Origin: an uncultured bacterium
GTDB taxonomy: Bacteria > Chloroflexota > UBA5177 > JANWHV01
Assembly (NCBI GenBank): GCA_963827235.1
Contig: CAWHAE010000009.1
Location: forward strand, 896,001 to 960,000
Reading direction: 5' to 3'
Length of the DNA: 64,000 bases
The translations under genes were made by a program, and so were the position numbers. Each line of letters begins with the position of its first letter. The first letter of the stretch is position 1. Below, piece after piece: positions 9,762 to 19,506 of the stretch. The notes beneath the pieces were generated by a model. The model was not told the origin of the DNA. It saw only the letters and a program-made list of their open reading frames with translations, and searched no databases.

Positions 9762-10886
9762 ATGATGGCTTCGGATCTCGCGCAATTCAACCGGCAGGTG
9801 GTATACGGCCGGGCGGGCGGACGAGTGATATGGCAACCCCGTATAGGAGCCTGGCTCCAGGACAAGCTGTTCGCGAATGAGCCTTTGCCGGCACCGTACA
9901 CGGGAATGACGTTGCCCGAGATCTACCGGTCTCTTGGCTGCTCGGCTCGGCTGTACGAGTTCAACGACTGTTACCGGCGCATCGAGCATCCGTCGGTCCA
10001 CGTCACTTCTCGCCGGTTGAACGAGACCGACGAAGAGATCACGGTTCACACGCCTGTGGGCGATCAGGTGGCCGTGAACCGCACGTCACCGAATAGCTGG
10101 TATCACCTGACGCTCAAGTGGGAGGTCGAGACAGAAGACGAGCTCAAGGTGGCAACGTGGCGCGAAGAAAACACGGCCTGGGAATGGGACGCGAACCGCT
10201 ACGAGAAGCTCCTGGCGGAGATGGGCGACCTGGGTGCGCCGACGATGTTCATGCCCCGTATGAACGTGCAGAGTCTGTACATCGAGAAGATGGGCGTAGG
10301 CAACGGCATCTTCGCCATCCACGACTGGACGGACACGGCCGAGGCATACTTCCGGGCGTTGGAGAAAAGTCACGATCGTCTGATGGACGTGATCAACGCG
10401 TCGCCGATCGAGATCATCAACTTCGGAGAGAACATCCACGCCGGTACGCTCTCGCCCAAGCTCTTCGTCAAGTACCACCTGCCGGCTTGCCAGCGCCGCT
10501 GCGAGAAGCTGCACCGGGCAGGCAAGTTTGTGCATTCGCACTGGGATGGCGACACACGGCCGTTGCTGAAGTACGCCCGCGAGACCGGACTGGACGGTAT
10601 TGAGGCGATCACGCCGCAGCCACAGGGTGACGTCACGCTCGAGGAGATCAAAGCCAGCCTCGGGGACGACCTGTTCCTGCTGGACGGCATTCCTGCCGTC
10701 TACTTCGATTCCATGTTCTCGATCGAGACGCTCGCGGCATGCGCGCGGCGCGTGATCGAGCTCTTCGCGCCGAAGCTGGTGCTGGGTATCTCCGACGAGA
10801 TCTCCTCTCACGGAGACCTGGAGCGCATCCGCGTAGTGAGCGAGATTGTAGACGAGTACAATGCACGGCTCGGCGGACCACAATGA
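9762..10886 (+). CDS. Uroporphyrinogen decarboxylase/methyltransferase (MtaA/CmuA-like) TIM-barrel family protein
   Basis: HSHWDG, GLDGIEAITPQPQGD, FLLDGIP and VLGISDE motifs typical of URO-D-like proteins. Confidence 0.75.
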   Translation: MMASDLAQFNRQVVYGRAGGRVIWQPRIGAWLQDKLFANEPLPAPYTGMTLPEIYRSLGCSARLYEFNDCYRRIEHPSVHVTSRRLNETDEEITVHTPVGDQVAVNRTSPNSWYHLTLKWEVETEDELKVATWREENTAWEWDANRYEKLLAEMGDLGAPTMFMPRMNVQSLYIEKMGVGNGIFAIHDWTDTAEAYFRALEKSHDRLMDVINASPIEIINFGENIHAGTLSPKLFVKYHLPACQRRCEKLHRAGKFVHSHWDGDTRPLLKYARETGLDGIEAITPQPQGDVTLEEIKASLGDDLFLLDGIPAVYFDSMFSIETLAACARRVIELFAPKLVLGISDEISSHGDLERIRVVSEIVDEYNARLGGPQ

Positions 10887-11045
10887 AGCTCCGGCGGAGC
10901 ACGCGCGGGGTGGAGTCGCGACGGTAGCCGCCAAGAGCTACAGGTTGAGGAACACCGGCGATGCGCGGTGCATGGCGGTAAAGGCCTTTGTGAAGGGATA
11001 GAGCCGGCGAGAACGGCCCTGTCCCCGATTCACCTGCTCCGTTGC

Positions 11046-12350
11046 CTAGCCGCCGCACTGCACGCAACGCTCGCCGTTCGCCACCTGCAGGGCGTCCTGA
11101 CTGGGATCCGCCACCTCCGCCAGCTGGTGGATAGCCGTGCCGTCTACCGCTACGGTGAAGAGGTACGACGTGATGCTGCTGCCGGCGCTGCCCAGCGTGC
11201 CGCTGCAGGTTACGACGTAGGCGAGGCCGGTGCCGGTGACGAGCCACCCATACTGGGCCAGCACGCAGTTCGGGTGCCCCGACAGATGGAGGTCGAGATA
11301 GCGGCCGGCTTTCCCCGCCGCGTCGCCGATCCAGAGGCGATAATCTCTGGTATTGCCGCGGCCCGCGTCGGGGTCGGTAGCCAGGTGCCGGCGATCGGGC
11401 GAGAGCTCAAAGCTGGTGGCGTCCTTGAGAGGACCGGAAGTCCCCGACTGCTGGCGAATGACAGCGGGCGTGCCCACGAGGAGTTTTGCGTTGCCGCCGG
11501 TCGCCGGTGCCTGCCAGATACCGGTCAAGGAGAAACCCTCGCCGCGTCCCACGGTGCTCACGAGCACGTGCTTTCCATCGGCCGTCCAAGCCAGGCCATC
11601 GGCAGAGGGGTAGGAGCCGGGCGGGGCGACGTTGCCGGGATTGGCGCTGAGCAGTTGGGGAGGAAAGGTGATCGTACTGTAGGTGACCGCGCCGCCGCCG
11701 GGCACGGCAATGGCCAGAACGATGCTGCTACCCGGAGCCTTTCCGGACGACCGCTCGCGTTCCGCGGCCACACTGTTGCCGTCCGGCGACCAGGCGATGG
11801 GGCTGGACGGCGAGCCGGAGAGATGAACCCCGCGTATCAAGGTCCGGGTAGTCGAGGCAATGGCATCGTAGAGCAACAGATTGGCACCCTGGAAGTAGGC
11901 CAGGTAGCGTCCATCCGGCGACCAGGTCAGCCCCGCGCGATCGTGACTCGGGTCGAGCCCGGCAACGCGGTCCGCGGTAGAACCGTCGCTGGCGGCCAGC
12001 CAGATGTTGTGCGCGGTGCCGCCGGCTATGCTATCGCCGTACCCGCCTGGGATAGAGAGATAGGCCACGAGGCGTTGGTGGGGCGAGAGCGCCGGCCGGC
12101 TGTTCAGCCCATAGGTGGTGAGCCGGCGGCTCATGCCGCCATCCGCGCGGGCCACGTAGATGTCGCCCTTGATGGCGACGGCGAGCAGCGGACCGGATGC
12201 CGCCGTTGCTTCCTGGGTGAGACCGGCACCGCCGAGCCCTGCGATGAGGCTGCAGGCCACGAGGCCGCGCCACAGGCGGCGCCGGCCTCCGCGCTCTCCG
12301 CCCATGCCGGTTACCGCGAGTGCTCCCAGCAATCGCTCCAAGCTTCTCAT
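11046..12350 (-). CDS. Secreted TolB-like beta-propeller (PD40 repeat) protein
   Basis: N-terminal signal-like segment; repeated WSPDG/LSPD/WTADG motifs. Confidence 0.75.
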   Translation of the reverse strand: MRSLERLLGALAVTGMGGERGGRRRLWRGLVACSLIAGLGGAGLTQEATAASGPLLAVAIKGDIYVARADGGMSRRLTTYGLNSRPALSPHQRLVAYLSIPGGYGDSIAGGTAHNIWLAASDGSTADRVAGLDPSHDRAGLTWSPDGRYLAYFQGANLLLYDAIASTTRTLIRGVHLSGSPSSPIAWSPDGNSVAAERERSSGKAPGSSIVLAIAVPGGGAVTYSTITFPPQLLSANPGNVAPPGSYPSADGLAWTADGKHVLVSTVGRGEGFSLTGIWQAPATGGNAKLLVGTPAVIRQQSGTSGPLKDATSFELSPDRRHLATDPDAGRGNTRDYRLWIGDAAGKAGRYLDLHLSGHPNCVLAQYGWLVTGTGLAYVVTCSGTLGSAGSSITSYLFTVAVDGTAIHQLAEVADPSQDALQVANGERCVQCGG

Positions 12351-12602
12351 CTGTTACCTCCCCACCTATGGTGGACTACATCGCCGGCCGTTGGGGCAGG
12401 CGTAGCCGCGTCTACATCCCTATCATCCTAGCTCTACGCGATTGCCCCGCCGTTCTTCCGCCGGCCGTGCGCGGCATCGGATGAGGCGCCTGCCGGCAGG
12501 CCGGGGCCTTGTGTACGGCGGCGCGTCCTGTGTACGAGCGCCGCACGGCTTGGGCTCACTTTCGGCCGTGCCCAACACAAGCGGGCGGCCGGGCACTCGG
12601 GG

Positions 12603-14387
12603 CTATTGAGGATTCCGCAAACCGAACAGCCCGAATAGCTCGTCGGGGGTCAGATGTGATGCCATGTCGATGGTGGCATCGTCGACGATCTCGTCGAACA
12701 GCGCCTGCTTGTCCATCAGGATTCGCTCCACGCGCTCCTCGATCGTTCCCTCGCTCACGTACGCGTAGACGTTCACGGGGTACTGCTGCCCGAGGCGATG
12801 GCTGCGCGAATCGGCCTGCTGCTCTACCGCCGGATTCCACCAGCGATCGAAGTGGATGACGTACGACGCCTGCTGCAGATTCAATCCCTGCCCGCCGGCG
12901 CGAAGGGCGAGCACGAGCACCTTCCACTCGTCGTCCCGGCGGAAGCGGTCCAGCACACGCTCCCGCTCGTTCGGCGAGAGGTCGCCCGTATAGCTCAGAG
13001 CGGGGACGCCAAGGCGGGCAGCGATCGCCTTGGCACCGTTCTCCCGGTTCGCGAACTGGCTGAATACGAGCGCCTTGTGCCCTTCAGCCACCAGCGTATG
13101 CACGCGATCGCGCAGGTCGAGCAGTTTGCTCGATCGGCCGCTCGCCGGATCGAAGTTGCATATCTGTTTGAGGCGCACGATCAGCTCCAGCACGTTCTGG
13201 ATGCGTACCGCCGTGCCGAGCGACTGCAGCTCCACGATGCCCTGCTGTTCGGCCCGGTCATAGGCAAGGCGCTGGCTCTCCGTGAGCGGCAGCACGATGC
13301 TGCTGAACAGCTTCGGCGGCAGATCCTGCAGGACGTCGGCTTTGCGGCGCCGCAGCTGCACCTCACGCAGGCGTTCGCGCAGCTCGGCGGGAGTGACCAC
13401 GTGCCACGCCGATCGCGGCGGGGCCCGCTCTACCCACTGCAGTATCGACGCCAGATCGTCGACGCTGTTCTCCAGCGGCGTGCCACTCAGCGCCCAGCTA
13501 CGCTGCCGGCGGAGCCGCTTGCAGACCCGGCTGATATCCGTGTCGGCGTTCTTGATGCGCTGGGCCTCGTCGAGGATCACGAGATCCCATTGGCGTGCCA
13601 CCGACGCATGCGGATTGCCGGTGAAGTCCACGCGCAGCGTCTCATAGCTGATCAGGTAGGCGTGCGCGGGGACACGCCACCGCCAGGCTCGATCTCCCGG
13701 CTCGCCGTGGATCGTGGAGACCCTTAGCTCGGGCGCCCAGCGCTCTATCTCACCGCGCCATTGGGCGACCAGGCCTGCCGGCACTACCACAAGGGCCGCG
13801 CGGACCTGGCGCCGGTGAATGAGGATGCGCATCGCGGCGACGGCCTGGATGGTCTTGCCCAGGCCCATGTCGTCGGCCAGCAGGAGCGAGGACCGCTCGC
13901 TCAAGACCCGCACGCCCTTGGCCTGGAAGGGCAGGAGGGGGTCCGGCCACGCTACCGGGCCGTCTTGCGAGAGGAGCAGCTCCAGAGGAGGCTGCAGCAC
14001 CGCTGCGAGCAGGCGAGCGAACGACGTCGCAGGATCCGACTCGTACTGGACGCTGGATCTCCAATCCGCACCCCGACTATCCGACGGCTCCTGCCCGCGT
14101 GGCCACGGTGGTTGACCAGCGGGCGGGTCGAACACGTCCATGTCGGCGACGTAGACGCTGCCCCGATGCCGTTCCTCCTGGCGGATGCCGAGGTTTCGCA
14201 CCGTTTGCGCCGGGCCGGCGTCGATAGGCGGCAATCGCAGATGGCGGGGCTCCAGCAGGTGCGGAGCCGCCACGATCCCCCTCTCCGGCGTTCCAAGCTG
14301 GAGGCGCGTCCGGCGCCGGATTAGCCGGCGCAGCCGGGTCGGGCGCTCGACGGGACACTCGCGGAGCCAGGGCCGATCCCCACTCAT
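12603..14387 (-). CDS. SNF2-family (SF2) helicase/translocase
   Basis: ADDMGLGKT, DEAQ, SGTPLEN, GGQGLNL, WWNPAVEQQA and RSHRLGQ motifs. Confidence 0.95.
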   Translation of the reverse strand: MSGDRPWLRECPVERPTRLRRLIRRRTRLQLGTPERGIVAAPHLLEPRHLRLPPIDAGPAQTVRNLGIRQEERHRGSVYVADMDVFDPPAGQPPWPRGQEPSDSRGADWRSSVQYESDPATSFARLLAAVLQPPLELLLSQDGPVAWPDPLLPFQAKGVRVLSERSSLLLADDMGLGKTIQAVAAMRILIHRRQVRAALVVVPAGLVAQWRGEIERWAPELRVSTIHGEPGDRAWRWRVPAHAYLISYETLRVDFTGNPHASVARQWDLVILDEAQRIKNADTDISRVCKRLRRQRSWALSGTPLENSVDDLASILQWVERAPPRSAWHVVTPAELRERLREVQLRRRKADVLQDLPPKLFSSIVLPLTESQRLAYDRAEQQGIVELQSLGTAVRIQNVLELIVRLKQICNFDPASGRSSKLLDLRDRVHTLVAEGHKALVFSQFANRENGAKAIAARLGVPALSYTGDLSPNERERVLDRFRRDDEWKVLVLALRAGGQGLNLQQASYVIHFDRWWNPAVEQQADSRSHRLGQQYPVNVYAYVSEGTIEERVERILMDKQALFDEIVDDATIDMASHLTPDELFGLFGLRNPQ

Positions 14388-14951
14388 GGCCGCCGCGGGT
14401 CGGCTTCGCCGTAGAGCTCGTCCATGCCGGAGGAGGCCCGATTGAACGGCTCGAGCAGCAAGCCGTGCCGGGCAAGCTGCAGTGTCAAGGCCCGCTCGGT
14501 CGAGTCATCGGCAGGCGCGGCCGGATGCCAGAACAGATTCGAGCACCTCCTCCCACCGGATTTGCTCGGCTGCCTCGAGCGGCGACGGAGCGATTGACGC
14601 GCCGTAGGGTGCCACGCGGCAGACGGGCAGGTCCACGGCGATGTCCTCGGTGAACACTTCAGCCGGCATCTCATCGGCCAGGCAGAAGATAACGCGCGGC
14701 GCACGCGGGCACATGGCAAGCAGGGACTTGACCAGCAGGCGCGCGGCGGCCCGTCTGCTGTCTGCCGGCCGCCACAGGAAGCCGGAAGGCGTTTCCACCC
14801 TGTTGTAGGTGAACTCGACCGGCTCACCGCGAGCATTGACCTGGAAGAGCGCGGCTCGGAAGCCCGGCGGATTGGTCTTTGCTTCGAGCTTCAGGAACGC
14901 GGCCGTTCCCAAACTCTCGAGATCGTCGCGGTCGCGAAAGGGAACCGGCAT
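14384..14951 (-). CDS. Uncharacterised protein in the DUF2791/SNF2 operon (one frameshift near 14540)
   Basis: AGGAG RBS before ATG at 14951; one frame reads MPVPFRDRDD...EQIRWEEV, another continues FWHPAAP...LLEPFNRA to a stop overlapping the helicase start (ATGA). Confidence 0.75.
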
Positions 14952-14956
14952 GGCTC

Positions 14957-16240
14957 CTACTCGTCGGAGGAAGGCGACGTACTGTCCGGGTACTCCAGGT
15001 CCACGTCTTCGGTGAAGTCGGATACCAGCGGCGTCACTTCGATCTGGGGCTCGTAGCCGGGGTATAGCCGCTTCAGGTCCCACTCGGTGATCCACCAGCG
15101 CACGTACTCCCGCATCGACGTGCTCGTCGCGTAGGGCGGCGATCCTACCTCGGGAGGGTCCCATTCGTAGGCGCGGGCGTGCAAGCCGCGTACCTGCTCA
15201 TAAGTGCGTTGTATGGTGGCCCTGGTAGGTGCCTTCAGACGCTCGGCTCGGGTAATGGCACGCATGCCTCGCTCGGCCAGCGCTGCCAGCTTCTGATCGT
15301 CATCCCGCATACCGGCCCGCAGCTTGTTGGGCACGTTTTCGCGATCGTGGCGCATGTCCAGCATGTACGTCTCGTAGTCGGAGGTGACGGCAGAGACGGT
15401 GATCAGGCACGGCATGGGCTCGCCCGAGCCGCCGCCCGTCCAGCGCGCCAGCTCGGCATATGACCGGGCGCGCTGGGGCAAGCTGTAGCGGCCGATGAGC
15501 TCTACTTCGTCGATCAGCAAGACCCAGCCGCGAAATCCGGCCGCCAGGATCAGTCGGGCCGCGAAGCGGAAGCGCTGCAGGGCCAGGCTCTTCTGGTCGA
15601 CCTTGTCGAACAGGTAGGAGACGTGCTCCCCATACGCTTTCAGCGCGCGTTTGAGCTCCCCGATACCGATCGGATCGCCGGCCCAGAAGGCGAGGATGCG
15701 CTCGTACAGCTCGGGGTCGTGATGCCGGGCGTGCTCGAAGAGGTACAACGTAGCGGCGAATCGCTGGTTCAGCACCTCCGGGCGCGTCTGCTGCACCCAG
15801 GTGAAGAAGTCGAGGAACGGCTCGCCGCGCGGATTGATCTCCTCTCCAATCTGGGCCAGCACGGCACCGCGGCGCCCCGGCGCCTGCGCCGCGTTGATTG
15901 CCGCGCGAAAGACCTTGGCCGGGTCGTACAGCGGTGTTTCCTTGCTGATCACGACTTTGCTGGCCACGAATCGCTGTTCCAGGGCGCGGTGCTGGAGACT
16001 CTCCAGGAGGTGGGATTTCCCGGAGCCGAAGTTCCCTGCCACGGAAAAGCCCGACGGACCGGGGGCATCCACGCCACGCTCGACGGTGGAGCTGAGGAGG
16101 TTCTGAAACCGATCCTCAATGCCGGTGGCGGCGGACTGCAGCGCGTTGACCGCATCTCGATTCGGCACGCCTGAGCGAAGCGCCTCGAGCGCACGCCGAG
16201 CCTCGATCTGATTGGTTGGGCCGGCGATCATGGTGTCCAT
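14957..16240 (-). CDS. DUF2791 / BrxD-like P-loop ATPase (intact Walker motifs)
   Basis: N-terminal ARRALEALRSGVP, Walker A GNFGSGKSH, Walker B VLLIDEVE, SYAEL. Confidence 0.85.
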   Translation of the reverse strand: MDTMIAGPTNQIEARRALEALRSGVPNRDAVNALQSAATGIEDRFQNLLSSTVERGVDAPGPSGFSVAGNFGSGKSHLLESLQHRALEQRFVASKVVISKETPLYDPAKVFRAAINAAQAPGRRGAVLAQIGEEINPRGEPFLDFFTWVQQTRPEVLNQRFAATLYLFEHARHHDPELYERILAFWAGDPIGIGELKRALKAYGEHVSYLFDKVDQKSLALQRFRFAARLILAAGFRGWVLLIDEVELIGRYSLPQRARSYAELARWTGGGSGEPMPCLITVSAVTSDYETYMLDMRHDRENVPNKLRAGMRDDDQKLAALAERGMRAITRAERLKAPTRATIQRTYEQVRGLHARAYEWDPPEVGSPPYATSTSMREYVRWWITEWDLKRLYPGYEPQIEVTPLVSDFTEDVDLEYPDSTSPSSDE

Positions 16241-16243
16241 CGA

Positions 16244-17215
16244 TCATGCTGCCGGGCCGGAAAGCCGAACGAGAGCGGAGAGCGGATTGGCCCGCGAGCG
16301 GTCGTGTACCTCGTCCCATATACGCAGCTTGAGGGCGGCGTATTTCGGCAGGCCTCGCCTGTCGTCGGTGAGGAACGCCGTGGGAGCGATGGCGGCGATC
16401 AGGCACCCTTCCAGCTCGTCGGTGCCGTCGATGAACTGCCGCAGCACCTCGTAGGCGTCGAGAACCGCCGTGCTGGAATGGAAGAGCAAGCCGTCCGGCT
16501 CGACGTAGCGCCGCTCGACGACATAGCGAGAGACGTCGAGCACGAGTACGAAGCCGCGCTTTCCCGTCGCTCTCAGCCAATGTGCGAACGAGAGGAACAT
16601 GTCGCGCGCCAGGTTCCGCCCAACCTTCTGGAAGACGCCGGCCGGCTTGAGGGCGGAGACCCGGCGGAGCTCGCCACGCAGCCAGAGATGAATGTTCTCG
16701 ATCTCGCTAAGCTCGGCGACGCTGACCTCCAGGTATGCCTGGCACAGCCGCAGCATGGCGCTGCGAAACTCGTGCACCATGGAGTAATCGTGTTCCACGC
16801 GTTCGTGCAGCAACACGCGCACGCGTCGCCGGAGCTCGGTCTCGCTCGTTCCGTTGAGTGCCGCGATCACCTGGTAAGTGCAGCGATCCGTCTCCGGAGG
16901 CAGTACGTAGCCATCGGCACTGAGCAGGGAGCGCATCAAGTCGCCGGCCAGCGCGTTCCAGTCGACCTGCCGTGCCAGGGCGTGGAATAGCTGGTCGATC
17001 ATGTGGATTCGCGTCTCCGCGCCGTCCACGGTGAAGCAGCACAGGCCGTGCTGGGCTGCCAGAACCTCCAGTGATCGCCGTATGTCGCCGGCAGTGACGG
17101 GTGGCGTGGCTATGGCGAACTTCACCGCGGCGCCACCGGCCGGAATGAACGACTGCAAATACTCGTTCTCGACGACGGCCAGCCACTCGGCCAGCGGCAA
17201 CCCCATGCTCATCAT
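16244..17215 (-). CDS. DUF2791 / BrxD-like paralogue with degenerate Walker A/B
   Basis: GGAAVKF in place of the P-loop, VLVLDVS in place of Walker B; WLRGE, YEVLRQFID and YAALKLRI motifs characteristic of the family. Confidence 0.75.
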   Translation of the reverse strand: MMSMGLPLAEWLAVVENEYLQSFIPAGGAAVKFAIATPPVTAGDIRRSLEVLAAQHGLCCFTVDGAETRIHMIDQLFHALARQVDWNALAGDLMRSLLSADGYVLPPETDRCTYQVIAALNGTSETELRRRVRVLLHERVEHDYSMVHEFRSAMLRLCQAYLEVSVAELSEIENIHLWLRGELRRVSALKPAGVFQKVGRNLARDMFLSFAHWLRATGKRGFVLVLDVSRYVVERRYVEPDGLLFHSSTAVLDAYEVLRQFIDGTDELEGCLIAAIAPTAFLTDDRRGLPKYAALKLRIWDEVHDRSRANPLSALVRLSGPAA

Positions 17216-18084
17216 TCCGTTCCCTCGCGGAACGAGATGCCGAAATAGCGCTTCTCGGCTCCCGTCTGCGTCACGATGGAAATCACGCCGCGTTCAGACT
17301 TGGTTCCAGTGCTGGCATGGAACTCGATCGTGGCACCGTCCTTCGTGATTGTGGTCCCGCTCTGATCCAGCAGATAGACGTCGCGGGCAAGCTCCTGCAC
17401 CGCGTACTCGCGCGTGCGACCGGGCATCAGGGTGAAGAGGTCGTAGAGCTCCCGCAGCGGCACAACCGAGCCGACATGGCGCTGCCCGGGGTTGCGCTCG
17501 ACGGCGATCCGGTACGCGGTCCACAGGGACTCCAGGAAGGCATCCGACTTGAAGCGCGGCTGTTGCTTCTGCCGGTCGCGCAACCCGCTCACCAGCACGG
17601 ATGGGCGGATGCGACGTTCCGGCTTGCGGTCGATCTTCACGGCGCGATCCGCGGCCGAGACGCTGATCAGCACGGGATAGCAATAGAGGCGATCGTCTTG
17701 CAGTACCAGTCGCAAGCCCTGTCTGCGCGCTTCCTCGAGAACCTCGTCGACGAATCCGCCGTCTCGCAGGTATGCCTCCTCGTCGAAGTCCCACGCCACT
17801 TCTATGCGCTGCACTTCATGGTCGAGCCCGTTCATGCTCTGGCGCACGGCTTCCGGAGCGGCGCGAAGCTTGCGCAGATCGCCGTCTCGCGCCGCCTTGC
17901 GCATACCCTTGATCGCTTTCACCACCTTGTCGGCGGTCTTCAGCACGGCCTCGGCGTTGGCTTCTGCCTGAGCAAGTGCTTCTTCCAGCGTTTGCGTGTG
18001 CTCGGCGGTAGTCACGAGCGCGCGAATCCTTCTTTCTTCGTCGCAATCACCAGGAAAGCGAGCATCCATCCCATGATAGCCCAT
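17212..18084 (-). CDS. Uncharacterised protein with N-terminal coiled coil; first gene of the DUF2791 operon
   Basis: Long ORF with helical heptad-like N-terminus; stop overlaps next start (ATGA at 17212-17215). Confidence 0.8.
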   Translation of the reverse strand: MGYHGMDARFPGDCDEERRIRALVTTAEHTQTLEEALAQAEANAEAVLKTADKVVKAIKGMRKAARDGDLRKLRAAPEAVRQSMNGLDHEVQRIEVAWDFDEEAYLRDGGFVDEVLEEARRQGLRLVLQDDRLYCYPVLISVSAADRAVKIDRKPERRIRPSVLVSGLRDRQKQQPRFKSDAFLESLWTAYRIAVERNPGQRHVGSVVPLRELYDLFTLMPGRTREYAVQELARDVYLLDQSGTTITKDGATIEFHASTGTKSERGVISIVTQTGAEKRYFGISFREGTE

Positions 18085-18450
18085 CTCCGAGAAGTGGGCC
18101 TGTACGCGCTTACCCTCTTCTTGGCGTTCTCTACGGCCGCTCTCAGCCTATCCTCACATGGCCTTAGCTACCGCGTTCACACTGGGGGAAAAGTGGCCGG
18201 GCTGCAGGCTCAACGCCGCGCAGGACAAACATCACGACCGGGAATACGCCGATGAGCACTCAGGTCTTTCGGGCAACTGACGGCCACGTACCGTGCTTGG
18301 CGCCGACCGGAGCCGGATCTGAGGCCGCGCAGTCGCCCGGCACGCTTCGGGGAGCAATCTGCTCGTAGTCATGCGCGTTACCGGCCCCGCAGTACCATAT
18401 CCATGCGGCTCGGCTTCGCAATCCGGCGCAGGGTGCCGATTCACCATCAA

Positions 18451-19375
18451 TCACGCCGGAGCCATGACCGGCGAGGGAATGTCGTTCGTCTGGGAAGCCA
18501 GCAGGGAGCGCGTGAGGTCGATGAAGGCGCGAAGAGCGGGTGACAGCCACTTGTCGCGATGCCAGGCTAGCTGTGTGGTCAGCCCGTAGTCGCCGGCACT
18601 CCATGGCAATCTGACCAGCCGCCCCTGAGCGAGCTCGGATTCGACGGCGAGCAGCGGCAGGAAGCTCGATGCCCATGCCCGCCATCACGCACTGCTTGAT
18701 CGCTTCCACGCTGCCGAACTCCAGGATCTGCCCCGAGACCGAGCTTTCCCTGAGCGTAGCCTGGAACAGCTCGCGGTAGACGCAACCGGCCTCGGTCAGG
18801 AGCAGCGTTTCGCCCTGCACGTGGCGCGGGTGCACCACGGACAGCTTGGCCAGCGGATGGCTCGGGTAGGTGACCACGGCAAGGGGCTCGTGCGCGAGAT
18901 CCTGCACGACCAGATTGCCCGTGTGCAGCGGTTTCGCCAGGAGAATGCCGACGTCCAGCTTGCCTTCCACGAGCAGATGCGGCAAGTCGGCATCGGTATC
19001 CGGGCGGAAGGTGAGCTGGACTTTCGGATATCGCTCGCGGAATCGGAACAGCACAGGCGGCAGGCGGTAGGTGCAGAGTGATTCGGGTGCTCCTACCGTG
19101 AGCGTGCCGCCCGGCTCCTGGTAATCCGGTATGGCCAGCTTGGCTTCCTCTACCAGCCGCAGGAGCTGCTCGGCATAGGGGATGAACCGCCGCCCGGCGG
19201 AGGAGAGCACCACGCGCTTGCCCAGCCGCTCGAACAGTGGTACGCCGAGCTCCTCTTCCAGATCGCGAATCTGCGCCGTGACGCTCGACTGCGCGTAGTC
19301 CAACGCCTCCGCGGATCGGGTGAAGTTGAGCGTCGAGGCGACCGATAGGAAGGTCGTCAGCCGCTGCAGGTCCAT
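18451..19375 (-). CDS. LysR family regulator (frameshift near 18660)
   Basis: HTH NFTRSAEALDYAQSSVTAQI; C-terminal WHRDKWLSPALRAF is in a second frame ending at 18451. Confidence 0.9.
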
Positions 19376-19506
19376 GTCGCCCTTAATCGCCTATGGCGTT
19401 CGATACATTCGCTACAATCGTTTGTGGCGATGATACACCTGTGCTAGTGTGGGAGCAAGGAGACAAGACCGATCGAGCTCATGCAGCCTCGAGCGAGGAG
19501 AGTGCA

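Noticed and set aside
11046-12350. TolB-like gene as a sixth member of the DUF2791 operon
   Set aside because: Separated by ~250 nt, has its own RBS and a secretion signal; no evidence of coupling
12603-18084. Calling the operon BREX or Shango
   Set aside because: No pglZ, pglX, brxC or TerB-like gene in the window, and the helicase is SNF2-type
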